DNA from: Octopus sinensis | Taxonomy: Eukaryota | Reading direction: 5' to 3' | Assembly: GCF_006345805.1 (NCBI RefSeq) | Contig: NC_042998.1 | Span: 204,228,001-204,292,000, forward strand | Length of the DNA: 64,000 nt | Shown here: positions 38,471-51,165 of the stretch, one piece after another | Position numbering within the stretch: position 1 is the first letter of the stretch | Layout of the letters: each line of letters starts with the position of its first letter | Translations under genes and position numbers: made by a program | Notes under the pieces: generated by a model | Told to the model about the DNA's origin: nothing | The model's database searches: none | What the model saw: the letters and a program-made list of their open reading frames with translations, nothing else

Positions 38471-39495
38471 TAACGCATATTACTCTACCTCTGGTATTTG
38501 AGTACTCTTTTTTCCACCTTGTTTCACAATTATGTGCTTACTCCGGTATATATATATATACACAGAAGAGTGTGTGAAAGAGATTGTATATACAAGGTTG
38601 GTACCAGTGAATAATAATAATGCTTCTGCTGGTGAAGTCAGCTAATAGGAGGAAGTAATTATTTAACAGGAAATGAATGGAGATAGCTGGCTTTCTCAGA
38701 TATTGTACTTAAACTGTAAACATAGCGCTCCTGCCAGCAACAGGGGGGGGGGTGGATTGGATGAGTCTTAAGCATTACGTTTAAGTAGTATTGGATATAC
38801 CATAGACAATACTACTTAACAAAACAATGCCCACCCCTCTCAATTAGTCAGTCCACCTCCACCCACCCTCATCTAAAATCCAGCCTCCAAAGTGTATTTT
38901 GCGTAACACAGTTTTAATTATGATGTCATTTTAGTCCTCTTATGTCAAGTTTCTCAGGGTTTTAAGTCCCAGCTTAGCGTGGTTTAATGGGTAAGGTATT
39001 CAGTTCACAATCGTAAGATCATGAGTTCAGTTCCTGGTGGCCTGTTGTGCTCTTGAGCAAGGCATTTTATTTCACATTGCTGATTTTCTATGGCTGGATG
39101 CCCTTCCTGTCACCAACCTTCACTTGTTTCCAAGTAAGATCCTATTTCCCCGTGACCAGACATATTTCATGTCAATTGAGGGTCCAAACACAAGAAGGTA
39201 CAGGTTTGGCTGTGTGGTAAGAAGCATGCATCTCAACCGCATGCGTCCAGGTGGTGGTGTTGATTGTGATGATGGTGACAATGATGATGAGAGTAGTGGT
39301 GATGGTGATGATGAGTGATTGATAAACCCTGAACTGGAAATATGACCAACGTCCCCTTCTTCCCCAAAATTGCAAGCCTTGACCCACACCATAGTGATGG
39401 CCAAATGGGCAGCTGATAATGCAAATGCTACGCTTGATTGTGAATTTTGGTCTCATAATTTGGGGTTGTCCTTCATTCTTATAAAATGGAAAGTG

Positions 39496-39640
39496 TTTAC
39501 ATTATTTGCATTTGACGGATATTTGTCCTCATCTTGTTTGTTGTTGACACAACATTTCGTTTGATCTACCCTCCAGCCTTCATTAGGTGTCTTGGGGAAA
39601 TTTGGATCCTGGGTTCTCATTCCTAAGGCATTTTTCGATG
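39496..39640 (-). mobile_element. 3' body of the hammerhead-bearing SINE (separated from its head by the R4 insertion)
   Basis: Homologous to 62478-62618; GACAC-CTAATGA-AGGCTG...-GAAA-TG-TT-GTGTC. Confidence 0.85.
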
Positions 39641-39662
39641 TTATTATTATTATTATTATTAT

Positions 39663-41565
39663 CATTCAGTAGTTTTATTTTTATAGCGTGCTTTCACTTC
39701 ACTACCGAGCGCAGCTCTGTGTGCCTTGGGTATGTGCTGTGATTTGTTGTGATGCTCTGATGGTTATCGTATTGAAAGTGTTTTGCATTGGATGTGTGCA
39801 GTGCCTAGTAGTGCAATTTTCTGTATGTTATATGTGTTTGTAAGTCCTGGTGTTTTTGTTATGTATTTGTCTGAATATTTTTTTATTATGCCTAATGCAC
39901 CTACTATGATAGGAATTGTTTCTGTTTTTAGATTCCACATTCTGGTTACCTCTATTTCCAGGTCTTTGTATTTTGAGAGTTTCTCCATTTCTTTTAGAGA
40001 CACGTTGTCATCTGCCGGTATTGATACATCAATTAGAAAGCATTTTTTTTCTTCATGATTTCTGACAACTATATCTGGTCTGTTGGCCTTAATTTCTCTA
40101 TCAGTGTGTATTGGAATATCCCAGAGTATGGTTGCTTTCTCGTTTTCTGTGACCTTTTCTGGTGTGTGCCTATACCATCTTTTTTCTGTAGTTATTCCAT
40201 AATGTTGGCATAGCTTCCAGTGTATGTAGGTCCCAACTCTGTCATGTCTGTGAATATATTCCTTCTTAGCCAGGGCTGGGCAGCCAGAGATAATATGATT
40301 TATTGTTTCTTGTCCATCTCCACATATTCTGCAGTTACTTGTTATATTTCTTTTCATTACATGTTTTTGGTAATTTCTGGTGGGGAGGCTTTGGTCTTGT
40401 GCTGCAATTAAAAATCCCTCTATCTCTGCTTTGAGTCCTGAGCTTCTCAACCATTGCTGGGATTTTTCTTTGTCTATTTCTTTTGCATTTAGTTTAGTCC
40501 AGTATTTACCATGAAGGGGCTTTTCTTGCCATCGTTTTATCATGGTCCGTTGCTGTTCTAGTTTTAGTTTGGATTTCATTTGTTTTATAGCTTTTGTTGT
40601 TTCTTCTTCTTCTTCTTCATATTTATTAGGTGGTATGATTTCTTGTTTGTATTTGTCAGCTTCCTTAAATACTGAGAACAGTCTTTTGCCGCTATTTGTA
40701 TCAGTTTTCCTTGCTTCTGAAGTAGGTATTTTTGCAGTTCTATGGTGGTTATTTTATAGTAGTTTTCCAACTTTATAAGGCCTCTGCCACCTTCTATACG
40801 TTGTATATATAGTCTTTCTATGTCAGATTTTGGGTGATGCATCCTAGATCCTGTCATTATTTTTCTCGTTTTCCTATCTATTTTGGTTAGTTCATTTAGT
40901 GTCCAGTTAAGGATATTGTAGCTGTAACTTATAACTGGGACAGCTAAAGTGTTGATACCTATTATCTTGTTTTTAGCATTGAGCTCTGTGTTTAGTATTG
41001 ATATAACTCGTCTATAATATTCTTTTTTTATTTTCTCTTTCATTTGTGTGTGTTGTGTCTTATCTAGTTCATGGATTCCTAAGTATTTGTAAGTTTGGCT
41101 TTGGTCTAATTCTTTTATTTCATTGGTTTTATCTAGTGTGATGTTGTTACTCTTAATTAGTTTTCCTCTTTTCATGGTTACTTTGGCGCATTTTTCTAAT
41201 CCAAATTTCATATCTATTTCTTTGGTAAATCCATGAACTGTCTTTAATAGTGTTTCCAGCTGTTTGTCATTTGCAGCGTATAGTTTTAGGTCATCCATAT
41301 ATAAAAGGTGGCTGATCGTTTTGCCGTAACATTTATATCCGCATCCAGTTCTATTTAGCATATCAGATAGAGGTGACAGTGCCAAGCAGAAAAGGAGTGG
41401 AGAGAGCGTGTCTCCCTGGAATATTCCTCTTCTAATGGGGATGGTTTTGGTTTTCACGAGTCCCTCTTTTGTTTGGAGGTGTAGGACTGTTTGCCATTTA
41501 TTCATAGAGTGTCCTATGAATTTTATAATTGTTGGTGCTACTTTGTTAATGGCTAGTGTTTCGAT
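39663..41565 (-). pseudogene. 5'-truncated R4/Dong-clade non-LTR retrotransposon: RT, CCHC and restriction-like endonuclease
   Basis: RGIFQGDTLSPLLF, HLLYMDDLKLY, FGLEKC, CRICGDGQETINHIISGC, HRHD, RPDIVV...LIDVSIP...EKLSKY, C-terminal LLGTAH; frameshift near 40685; short 3' UTR followed by (AAT)n. Confidence 0.9.
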
Positions 41566-41665
41566 ATTATTATTATTATCATTATTATTATTATTATACA
41601 GGTCACTGCCTGGAATCAAACTCGGAACTTTGGGGTTAGTAGCCCGCGCTCTTAACCATATCCCC
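41566..41665 (-). mobile_element. tRNA-like head and (AAT)n of the hammerhead-bearing SINE
   Basis: TGGTTAAGAGCGCGGGCTACTAACCCCAAAGTTCCGAGTTTGATTCCAGGCAGTGACC; homologous to 62642-62707. Confidence 0.85.
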
Positions 41666-42291
41666 AAACTGGAAAGTGTTTGTTGCTTCATAGTTTGTGG
41701 GGATCAGTTCTTTTGTCTGGTTTTCTTCATAAGTAACCAATCAATTATGCTTGGACAATCATTACTTAGATATTGGTGTCTGGTTTTGGGAGGGTCTGTG
41801 ACATATAGACAAAAATATCAGTATCTCTTATATGGTTCTGGAAATTTTCTCAGTCCGCCATCTGCATGAAGCTTGTATAGTTAAACACAGGCATATTGAG
41901 TAAGCCAATACTTTTACTCTGTACTTTTTGCATGCAAAACTGTTCTTTATATTCACTGTTAGCTCTACACTGTTCTGCAGTGAACAGCCATTTGTTGCTC
42001 CCCTATATTAGAGAATGTTATCACCAAGCTGTTACATACTGATTTCAAATTTTGGCACAAGGCCAGCAATTTCAGGAGAGAAGCTGAGTCTTACATCAAC
42101 CTCAGTACTCAACTACTACTTATCTTATTGACCCCAGAAGAATAAAGGCAAAGTAGGTTTTGGCTGAATTTCAACTCGGAATGTAAAACCGGAGGGGGTG
42201 CCACAAAGCATTTTACCCAGCTTGCAAATGATTTTGCCAGCACACCTCTGATTATATAGACCCACACGCTATTTTATATTCCAAGACCAAG

Positions 42292-42525
42292 GGCAGCGAG
42301 CTGACAGAAACGTTAGCACGCCAGGCGAAATGCGTAGCGGTATTTCGTCTGCGTTACGTTTTGAGTTCAAATTCCACCAAGGTCAACTTTGCCTTTCATC
42401 CTTTCAGGGTCGATAAATAAAGTACCAGTTTCGCACTGGGGTCGATGTAATCGACTTAATCCCTTTGTCTGTCCTTGTTTGTCCCCTCTATGTTTAATCC
42501 CTTGTGGGTAATAAAGAAACAGGTA
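42292..42525 (+). mobile_element. SINE family A
   Basis: Family match; an oppositely oriented partial copy lies at about 42085-42242. Confidence 0.85.
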
Positions 42526-42986
42526 TATTCCAAGACCATCATCACTGCCCCATACTGTTGGTTAGAATTTGTAACTGAACACTTCCTTTCAACCATTCAC
42601 TGAATTGATGGTTGCTTTATGCTAATATTCCATTACCTGAAAGGAAACCTTTTGGTTATTCATTTCTGTAGGTAGGTAGATATTAGTTTTTATAACCCTA
42701 AATCACATAATTAGGTATGAAAAAATAAAAAGAGAAATCCTCTTCCCACAACCTAAATGCCAGGTTTTATTTCCAATATAAATAGTGGAGGAGATCTTTG
42801 TGTTCCACATCCATTCCAGCAGACTGGATCTTTACTGACATCTGAAACCTCACTTCCAAGCAAGTTGCCTTCCTTCTGCTCGGCTGGCTTCTAGTCAACA
42901 ACATTCAGCACTTATTATTGTTTTTATTATTATTGCTGTTGTTGTTTTCATTATTATTATTAGTAGTAGTAGTAGTAGTAGTGAGT

Positions 42987-43085
42987 GAGTGAGAGAGCAG
43001 TGCATGCCATCAAAGTGGCGCTGGAGTACAAATATACAAAGTTTAATATACCCATCATGACTACTCGTTTGATAAGGGTACACCA
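42987..43085 (-). mobile_element. Truncated copy of the 3406-3959 element in TAG/TAA repeats
   Basis: Reverse-complement match to about 3865-3959. Confidence 0.8.
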
Positions 43086-43105
43086 TTCATTGTTATTATT
43101 GTTAC

Positions 43106-43137
<32 letters not shown>

Positions 43138-43499
43138 CTAGTAGTAGTAGTAGTCATTCAGCCCATATATATACTGATATATATATATATATAAATATAT
43201 ATATATATTCCCAACCAGCATGCAAAGATAAGCTTGTCACTGGCCATGTTACATAAACACACTCACAAATTCCTTGATTTATCTAGAATTTTCTTCTCTT
43301 CCATTCACGCCCAGTCGACTCAACTAATTCTCATTTAACCTTTCGTGTCTGACTTGTTGCTGTTACAAGGAACGGAAAGCCTTCCATTTCATTTGAAGAC
43401 CCTCTCAACATTTGCAGCTTCACCATCAATATTTTTCCACCTTCAGCAATTTTCTCCATGCATTTTCCATATAATGGCCAACAAATGTGTTACATTCTG

Positions 43500-43955
43500 A
43501 CTCGGTGACTGGCATCCGCTGCTAGTGGAGCGCTAAGAGTACCATACGAGTGAGATCGTTACCAGAGCAACAAGCTGGCTTCCATGCTGATGGCACGTTA
43601 AACACACCATTCGAGGGTGATCGTTACCTGCGTCACCTTACTAGCACTTGTGCTGGTGGCATGTGAAACATTCGAGTGAGGTCGTCGCCAGTGCCACTGG
43701 ACTGGCTCCTGTGCAGGTGGCACATAAAAAGCACCATTTGGGCGTGGCCGTTGCCAGTACCACCTAACTGGCCCTCATGCCGGTGGCACATAAAAGCACC
43801 CACTACACTCTCGGAGTGATTGGCGTTAGGAAGGGCATCCAGCTGTAGAAACTCTGCCAGATCAGATTGGAGTCTGGTTTGCCAGACTTCAGTCATATCG
43901 TCCAACCCATGCTAGCATGGAAAGCGGACGTTAAATGATGATGATGATGATGATT
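43500..43955 (+). mobile_element. Long modular RTE-related element
   Basis: Multiple modules, core and GAT tail. Confidence 0.85.
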
Positions 43956-45251
43956 CTAAAATAGTTGTCTTTTAAATCTTTTATTGTTTTTAATCTTTCG
44001 ACTTAAATAGTTATTGTCTTGTTTTCTAATCAGGCCACAGTCGGACGGGTCTTTCAATCATTTAGTTTTTTCCGCTACAAACAGTGTTTGTGTTGGTGGT
44101 TTTTTTAATATCTTAGTCTTTTGAGAATCAAACCAAGAGTCACAGTTCTCAACTGCTTTATTGTTTCTTTATTTGTTTTTCTTTTTTTCTCCATCCCCCC
44201 ACCCTCCCCCCAGCTTCATCTTCTGCTTTTTCCATTAATAAACTATTAAAAGATTACCGAATAATGTCTAGTTGTTTTAATATTTGATAAAAAAATTCTG
44301 GTTTCTATTAAAACAGGGGTTAGAATTCACATGTAGTTTTTTTTTGTTTTATGTAAATATTTCAGACTTAAGCAGCCAGGGAGGTGGGGAGAGAGAGAAA
44401 GAGAGAGGGAGAGAGGGAAAGAGAGAGGGGAGAGAGAGAATGGGTGGGGTGGGTGAGAGGAGTAAATAAAGAAAAAATTTCATCACTACCACCACCACCA
44501 TCATCATCATCCTTTTACATCCCAGCATCACATGAACTTCCATCAGCCAGTGCATACCCCAGCAGAGAAAACTACCCATCCTTGTGGTACAAGTCAATTT
44601 TGTTTCTTTTTTTTTTTTGTCTAACTGCTGGATGCCCCCCCCCCCCCGCACCTTCCAGGAACCCGTATAGACTGGATAGCATTACATCATACATCCAGCC
44701 CTGGAGAGGTCTGCAGCAGGACTAAAGAACCTCCTCACCCCCACTTTTGTCTTGCTGTGGCTGGTTGAGTATACCTTTCATCAACATTTAACATCTATGT
44801 CCCGTGCTGTGGTGCAACTACCTTGGTAATGTTTGAACATCTCTCGGTGCACTCCACGGCAGAGTGAAGTGCATGATGGCTGTACTTCAACCCTCAGTTG
44901 ACCCCTTAGTTCAGCAAAGTACACCAGCAAGATATTGTCATCATCATCATCATTTAGCATCCGTTATCTATGCTGGCATGGGTTGGATGGTTTGACAGGA
45001 GCTGACAAGCTCTACAGCTAGATAACTTTCCCAACATCAGCCACACTACAGAGTGTACTGGGTGCTTCTTATGTGACAACAGCACAGGTTAGATCCTGTC
45101 AAACAATCCGGCCATGCCATCATGGAAGACAGATGTTAAATGATGATGACGATGAATCTGTGTTTGTCATACTTTAAAATTTCTATTTGTCAGTCAGTTG
45201 TCTCACAAATCAAATAAATATTCTCTCTCTCGTAGAATATATGCCTTCAAA

Positions 45252-45484
45252 GGCGGCGAGATGGCAGAATTGTTAGCACGCCAGGCGAAATGCTTAGCGG
45301 CATTTTGTCTGCCACTACGTTCTGAGATCAAATTCCGCCGGGGTCAACTTTGCCTTTCATCCTTTCGGGGTCGATTAAATAAGTACCAGTTATGCACTGG
45401 TTCGATATAATCGACTTAATCCGTTTGTCTGTCCTTGTTTGTCCCCTCTGTGTTTAGCCCCTTGTGGGCAATAAAGAAATAAGA
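45252..45484 (+). mobile_element. SINE family A, full length
   Basis: GGCGGCGAGATGGCAGAA start through AATAAAGAAATAAGA end. Confidence 0.85.
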
Positions 45485-46019
45485 ATATATGGCTTCAGTT
45501 GTGTTCCATGGTTTATCAGTCACTTGTCTTCCGAAATAATATAAACGTTGTCTGTGTAATAAATTATGTGCTTGATTTCCTTCCATAGTTGAAACATTAC
45601 AAATGTTGACTGTAAGTGTTTTCCATCTGGAGAATTATCAAGCTGACTTTACAGACACAGGCTTTTGTTTTAAATCTGTTGTGGCTTCATAAACACAATG
45701 GAGTCAAATATTTTAGTCTTTATTTCAACGAAGAAGCAGTCTGCAGGCACTTTGGAAAATAATACTTCTTTGTACTTCCATTTTCATTCAAAATCCATCA
45801 CTGTGTGTATACGTGTGTGTGTATATATATATATAATCAAAATAAGCAACAAGTATATCCGAGGTAATGTGGTATGATCGTTTCATGCTACTTCATTTTA
45901 TTAAACACTGTAAGTATTACACCAGTTTCAAAATGTCAAGCAATCTTCAGCCACTTATAGAAATTTTCCAATCAAACGGACAATGCACATTATATATATA
46001 TATGTGTGTGTGTGTGTGC

Positions 46020-46405
46020 GGAGGCGCAATAGCCCAGTGGTTAAGGCAGCGGACTCATGGTCGTTGGATCGCGGTTTCGATTCCCAGACCAGCCGTTGCG
46101 AGTGTTTATTGAGCAGAGACACCTAAAGCTCCATGAGGCTCCAGCAGGGGGGTGGGGGTGGCGAAACCTGCTGTACTCTTTCACCACAACTTTCTCTCAC
46201 TCCTTCTTCCTGTTTCTGTTGTACCTGTATTTCAAAGGGGCCAGCCTTGTCACACTCTGTGTCACGCTTAATCTTCCCGGGAACTATGTTAAGGGTACAC
46301 GTGTCTGTGGAGTGCTCAGCCACTTGCATGTTAATTTCACGAAGCTGGCTGTTCCGTTGATTGGATCAACTGGAACCGTCTTCGTTGTAACCGACGGAGT
46401 GCCAG
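46020..46405 (+). mobile_element. tRNA-derived SINE family C
   Basis: Homologous to 8960-9332. Confidence 0.9.
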
Positions 46406-46426
46406 AAAAAACAATATATATATATG

Positions 46427-46458
<32 letters not shown>

Positions 46459-46539
46459 ATGTATCATCATCATCATTTAACGTCCGCTTTCCATGCTGGC
46501 ATGGGTATGTATATATATATATGTATATAAATATATATG

Positions 46540-46570
<31 letters not shown>

Positions 46571-47391
46571 ATGTATATATTTCTGTCTCTAATTCCTTCT
46601 TTCTCTCTCTTCTCCCCCTCTTTGGTGCCTTTGTCCCTCTTTTTCTCTCTTTCTTTGATTCCTTTGCCCCTTTTTTTCTCTCTCTTCTCTTCTCACGTGA
46701 CCGCCGGTCAACTAGCCTTTCCAAATATGCCAGCTAAGCTAAGTTAAACTGTCTAAAGTCGAAAGACACCTCTTGTTTTTGTCCTGTTATTATTATTTTT
46801 GTTTTTTGTATTTATATTCGTGTGGCATCGTCCATTTTTCTATCCTTGTTTCGTATACATTCGATACTTTTTCCAAGAAATCTAATGCTCGCAGCTTAGT
46901 TTTTCCTTGGGGCTGGCCGGATCTGAGCGATCTCAAGATTAATCAGCCGAAATTGCGAGGATGATCCGTTTCTTGACTGAAGATTAGAGGCTTCGAATGA
47001 CCCGTCCGTTTTTTGTGTCGTCTATTTGGATGTTTTGCGTTCTTGTCCCATTTTGTATTTTTATATAAATTTTTTATACATATATATATATAGATAAAAC
47101 TCGGATACTGAGGTGGAAATCCACGCCACCATCTCTTCAGTTATATGACCATCAGAAAAACGCTATGAAAAATGACCATTATACAAAGAGAAATTACTGT
47201 ATTATTGACCGCTGCTGCTGCTGGGGGGGGGGGGGGCATCGTGCAGGGGATGTTGTTCCTTTGCAATCTTTTGTGAAAAATATATCTGACCCCTGGGGAA
47301 ATATTATTCTGGAGACAGATAAGGGTTGGCAACAGGAAGAGCTTCTGGCTGTCGAAAATTTCCAAGCATGGAAAGCAAGCATCAACCCCCC

Positions 47392-47610
47392 CCCTTTGGC
47401 ATTCAAACTGACCGTATCTGGCCCAAATATTCCACCTGTTTTATGCACAAACTGGCCACAACTGTCTTCTCACACCTACCCTACCGTGTCATTCTAAACA
47501 TAAACAATTACATCCTCAAAATCTCAAGCTATGAGATAATCCAGGATTAACTCAAAGCAATATTAATAAATAAGCATTGTGTTGAACAGAGTAATCTGAA
47601 TGCAGAAAAG
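47392..47610. mobile_element. piggyBac-like MITE family 1
   Basis: CCCTTTGGCATTC / GAATGCAGAAAAG-TTAA; internal match to 7618-7822. Confidence 0.65.
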
Positions 47611-48109
47611 TTAAATGATGATGATGATCTTGACTTGAATTATAAAATGTATTGCATCGCACCATTAATTATTTGTGATAATAACAATTAGTTGTGATTG
47701 TGAATATTCAAATTTTTGCCTTAATATCAAAGATATTTTAGTTTTTCTCTTTCTCTTAATTTTTTTTTTTTTTCTTACCTTACCAACAAGAATGTTTTGT
47801 AATTGAAAGGCCGCATCGAAATGAATCCCTTTGTGACTGTCCAACTTGGAAATAGCTCTGCAATTGAGCAGTTTCATCTCACTCCTTCATTAGGTCCACC
47901 TGTGCTATTTCCTCTGCCCTTAACACCAGGGTATTTATATCATTAGCATTCTTCAAGAACTGGCTGTTTGTTGGTCACTCATTAGTCATCAATCACTGTC
48001 TTTTCAACCTTTTCCCCATCATTTTCCAAATGATGTGTGTCTCTTTCAGTTAATCTGCAAACAGGAATGGTGAGCAACAAGAATCAAAACAAAGACTTGT
48101 ATATTTTTT

Positions 48110-48650
48110 CTTTAATCGTTTCAGTGTTGTGGCACTGCCTTGAATTATTCTATTGGTCTCTTTTGCCGAACTGCTAAGTTACAGGGATATAAACACACTA
48201 GCATTGGTTGTGAAGCAGTGGTATGGAACACACAAAGGTGGCAAGCTGGCAGAAACGTTAGCACATCAGGTGAAATGCTTAGCAGTATTTCGTCTGCCAC
48301 TACGTTCTGAGTTCAAATTCTGCCAAGGTCGACTTTGCCTTTCATCCTTTCGGGGTTGATAAATTAAGTGCCAGTTATGCACTGGGGTCGATATAATCGG
48401 CTTAATCCGTTTGTCTGTCCTTGTTTGTCCTCTCTGTGTTTAGCACCTTGTGGGTAGTAAAGAAATAGGTGTGGAACACACATATGCATGCATACACATA
48501 TACACATGACAAGCTTCTGTTTCCATCTACAAAATCCAATCACAAGGCTTTGGTCGGCTCAAGTCTATAGTAGAAAACACTTACCCAAGTTGCTACACAG
48601 TAGGACTGAACCTGTAACCATGTAATTGTGAAGTAAACTTCTTACCACAC
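48110..48650. mobile_element. SINE A (48238-48470, plus) nested in SINE B (minus)
   Basis: SINE B halves at about 48110-48235 and 48480-48650 flank a SINE A copy. Confidence 0.7.
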
Positions 48651-49009
48651 GACACTTATTGAATTTCATTATAATTTTTTTTACCTGATCTAGCTTTTTA
48701 ATACATAAAATGTTTACTCAAGTTTTCATTTTCTTTTCTCTTTCAGGTGAGTTGTCTTTCCACACTAATCCTTATGGCAGCAAACTATCTCTTTAAAGGT
48801 ACCGTGAGTATTTGTTATTTATTATGTGTTGGTATTATAGCACAATACTTGGAACTGCATTGGTAGTCAGCATCTACCAATGTAGTAAAGGAAGTTAAGA
48901 AATTGGAATGAGATTTTGGGGTGGAACATACTTTTTATATATGAGAGAAAGATTCACATGGGAACATAGGTACGAAACAAAGTTGAGAAAATATCATTTG
49001 GCTGCCAAA

Positions 49010-49355
49010 TCTTTCTCTCTATAAAGCTGAAGTTGTCTGTGTATGGCAGGTTTGGTAGCCTTCAACTAACACTATCTCCTCCGAGACCCTGCGGCGCAAG
49101 TTGACCAAAATTGAGAGTATGATAGAAGGTGAAAACCAAAAATTATTTACATCAAATAGATGCTTTTTTTTCTATGAAAATCCCTATTTTTTACGATTTT
49201 TTGACTGCTGTGTTGCCATTTTTCAGTGTATTTCAACCAGAAAAATGTTCACTTAAAGAGAATAACAAGCTACATAATGCAAAATTTTTACTTTTCAAAA
49301 ATTCCAATTCTTAAGGGTCGAAACAAACCCAAGCAATGCCGGGCGATACTGCTAC
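49010..49355 (+). mobile_element. Non-autonomous Helitron (internally deleted relative of 35162-35554)
   Basis: 5' TC, 3' hairpin and CTAC (CTAG variant). Confidence 0.75.
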
Positions 49356-50589
49356 TTTAGAATAAAATTTAGTGTTTTACTGAAGCAGAAAAACTCTGTG
49401 AAGTGTATGTCAGATTTCCGCACTTCTGTTGATCAGACCGACAGAAGTGAACCTTCTGTTGGAATTCAATAGTTTTGAATGGTGCAGCAATGAAGATTAT
49501 GGAACAAACGATGACAGAGATATTTAAAGCTGATTGGGCAGAGGATTCTGTTTGCTAACCATGACTGACTGTTGACAAAAAACAAAATCAACTTTAATTA
49601 CAAGAGAAAAATGGTTTAATAAAATGAAGTTCTATGCATTAGGGTCTGAAAATAATTACAATATCTGCAGGTAAGGGAAACTTCCAGGTAAGGACAATTT
49701 CGTGTTAGGTGATTGTTTTCTGTAGCTTCAGGTCTAGTGAGTGACATTAGGTTGACAGAAACTGTACAGAAGCCCATCATGTGGATTGTACCAGTAATTC
49801 AACAGGAGCAATCTTGTTTACTGTGTAATGGTGATTGTAAAGCTACATGCATCTGTGAGATATTCAGCCAGTTCAGGAGCAGATAACTCTGTTGGTTTAA
49901 CAACTGATTTCTCATCACCAAGTGATGGACATCCACCATCATCATGTGTGTGTGCATGCAGTGTGTCTGTGTGGGTGGGTGTGTACTTATTTAATCATAG
50001 GGTAGACAGCATATCTGATTATCTGTGACTATTTTTTAAAAATCCTATAATATTGAAAACCATTGATTATCTCCTAAAACAAACCTAATCATTGAAGCCA
50101 TTATTAAAGTTAGATATAGACTATATAAAATGGCTTTCATAGAACTGGTATTGTAATGAGACTGAAATCAATGTAATTATCAAAGAAATTTGGTTGTAAA
50201 GTTGTAAAAAAAGAAAAAAGTGGAAAGAAAAATATTTATATACTTTTCATTACATCACCATTTCTGCCTCCCACGCTATAACTATAAAAATGTGTATGTG
50301 TGTGTGTGTGGATGCATGTTTATGTAAGCGTATGTGTGTGTGTGAGAGAGGGGGAGAGAGTGAGTATGTCTGTCTGTCTGTCTCCTGATTATTTTCTTCT
50401 CAATAATATAAAATCTCAGACAGCAAAAAATGCAATGTTGAAATTTTAATTCATAGAAGGCTGTTCATTGTTTGGTTTATTATCTTTGAAATATTTGTTG
50501 TGGCATCTTTTAGAAGATGCTGCAACAAAAAGAATGGCTAATTTAATAAAGGGTCTACAAAGAACCCCAGAATCAAGTTTCTATATATC

Positions 50590-51150
50590 AAAATCAAATT
50601 TGATGACAGGCATCCATGCTAGCAGGGTGCAAAGAGCACCATACAAGTGTGATCGTTGACAGAGCGGCTAACCGGCTTCCGTGCCAGTGGCACATAAAAG
50701 GCACCATTCAAGTGTGATCGTCATCAGTGTCGCCTTCCTGGCACTTGTGCCCATGCTAGTAGGGTGCCGAGAGCACCATCCGATTGTGATCGTTGCCAGA
50801 GCGGATAACTGGCTTCCGTGCCGGCGGCACGTAAAAGGGCACCATTCAAGCGTGATCGTTACCAGCTTCGCCTTACTGGCACCTGTGCCGGTGGCATGTG
50901 TAAAAAGATTTGAGTGAGATCATTGCCAGTACCGCCTGACTGGCCCCCGTGCCGGTGGCACGTAAAAAGCACCCACTACACTCTCGGAGTGGTTGGCTTT
51001 AGGAAGGGCATCCAGCTATAGAAACTCTGCAAGATCAAGACTGGAGCCTGGTACAGCCATCTGGTTCGCCAGACCTCAGTCAAAATCGTCCAACCCATGC
51101 TAGCATGGAAAGCGGATGTTAAACGACGATGATGATGATGATGATGATTT
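50590..51150 (+). mobile_element. Long modular RTE-related element
   Basis: About 7 tandem modules, core and GAT tail. Confidence 0.85.
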
Positions 51151-51165
51151 GCCTGAAAGGTTTAA

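Noticed and set aside
40585-41691. ORF-track start MKQQTLSS... as the true N-terminus of the RT
   Set aside because: The first about 42 codons are read through flanking DNA, the SINE head and (AAT)n; the LINE is 5'-truncated at about 41565.
46020-46095. Possible tRNA gene (CAT in an anticodon-like loop)
   Set aside because: It is the head of SINE family C, with no acceptor-stem closure or poly-T terminator; the same applies to the heads at about 9330, 41665 and 62707.
50590-51150. CRISPR-like repeat-spacer array
   Set aside because: The modules are degenerate and contiguous, without unique spacers; eukaryotic retroposon context and no cas genes.
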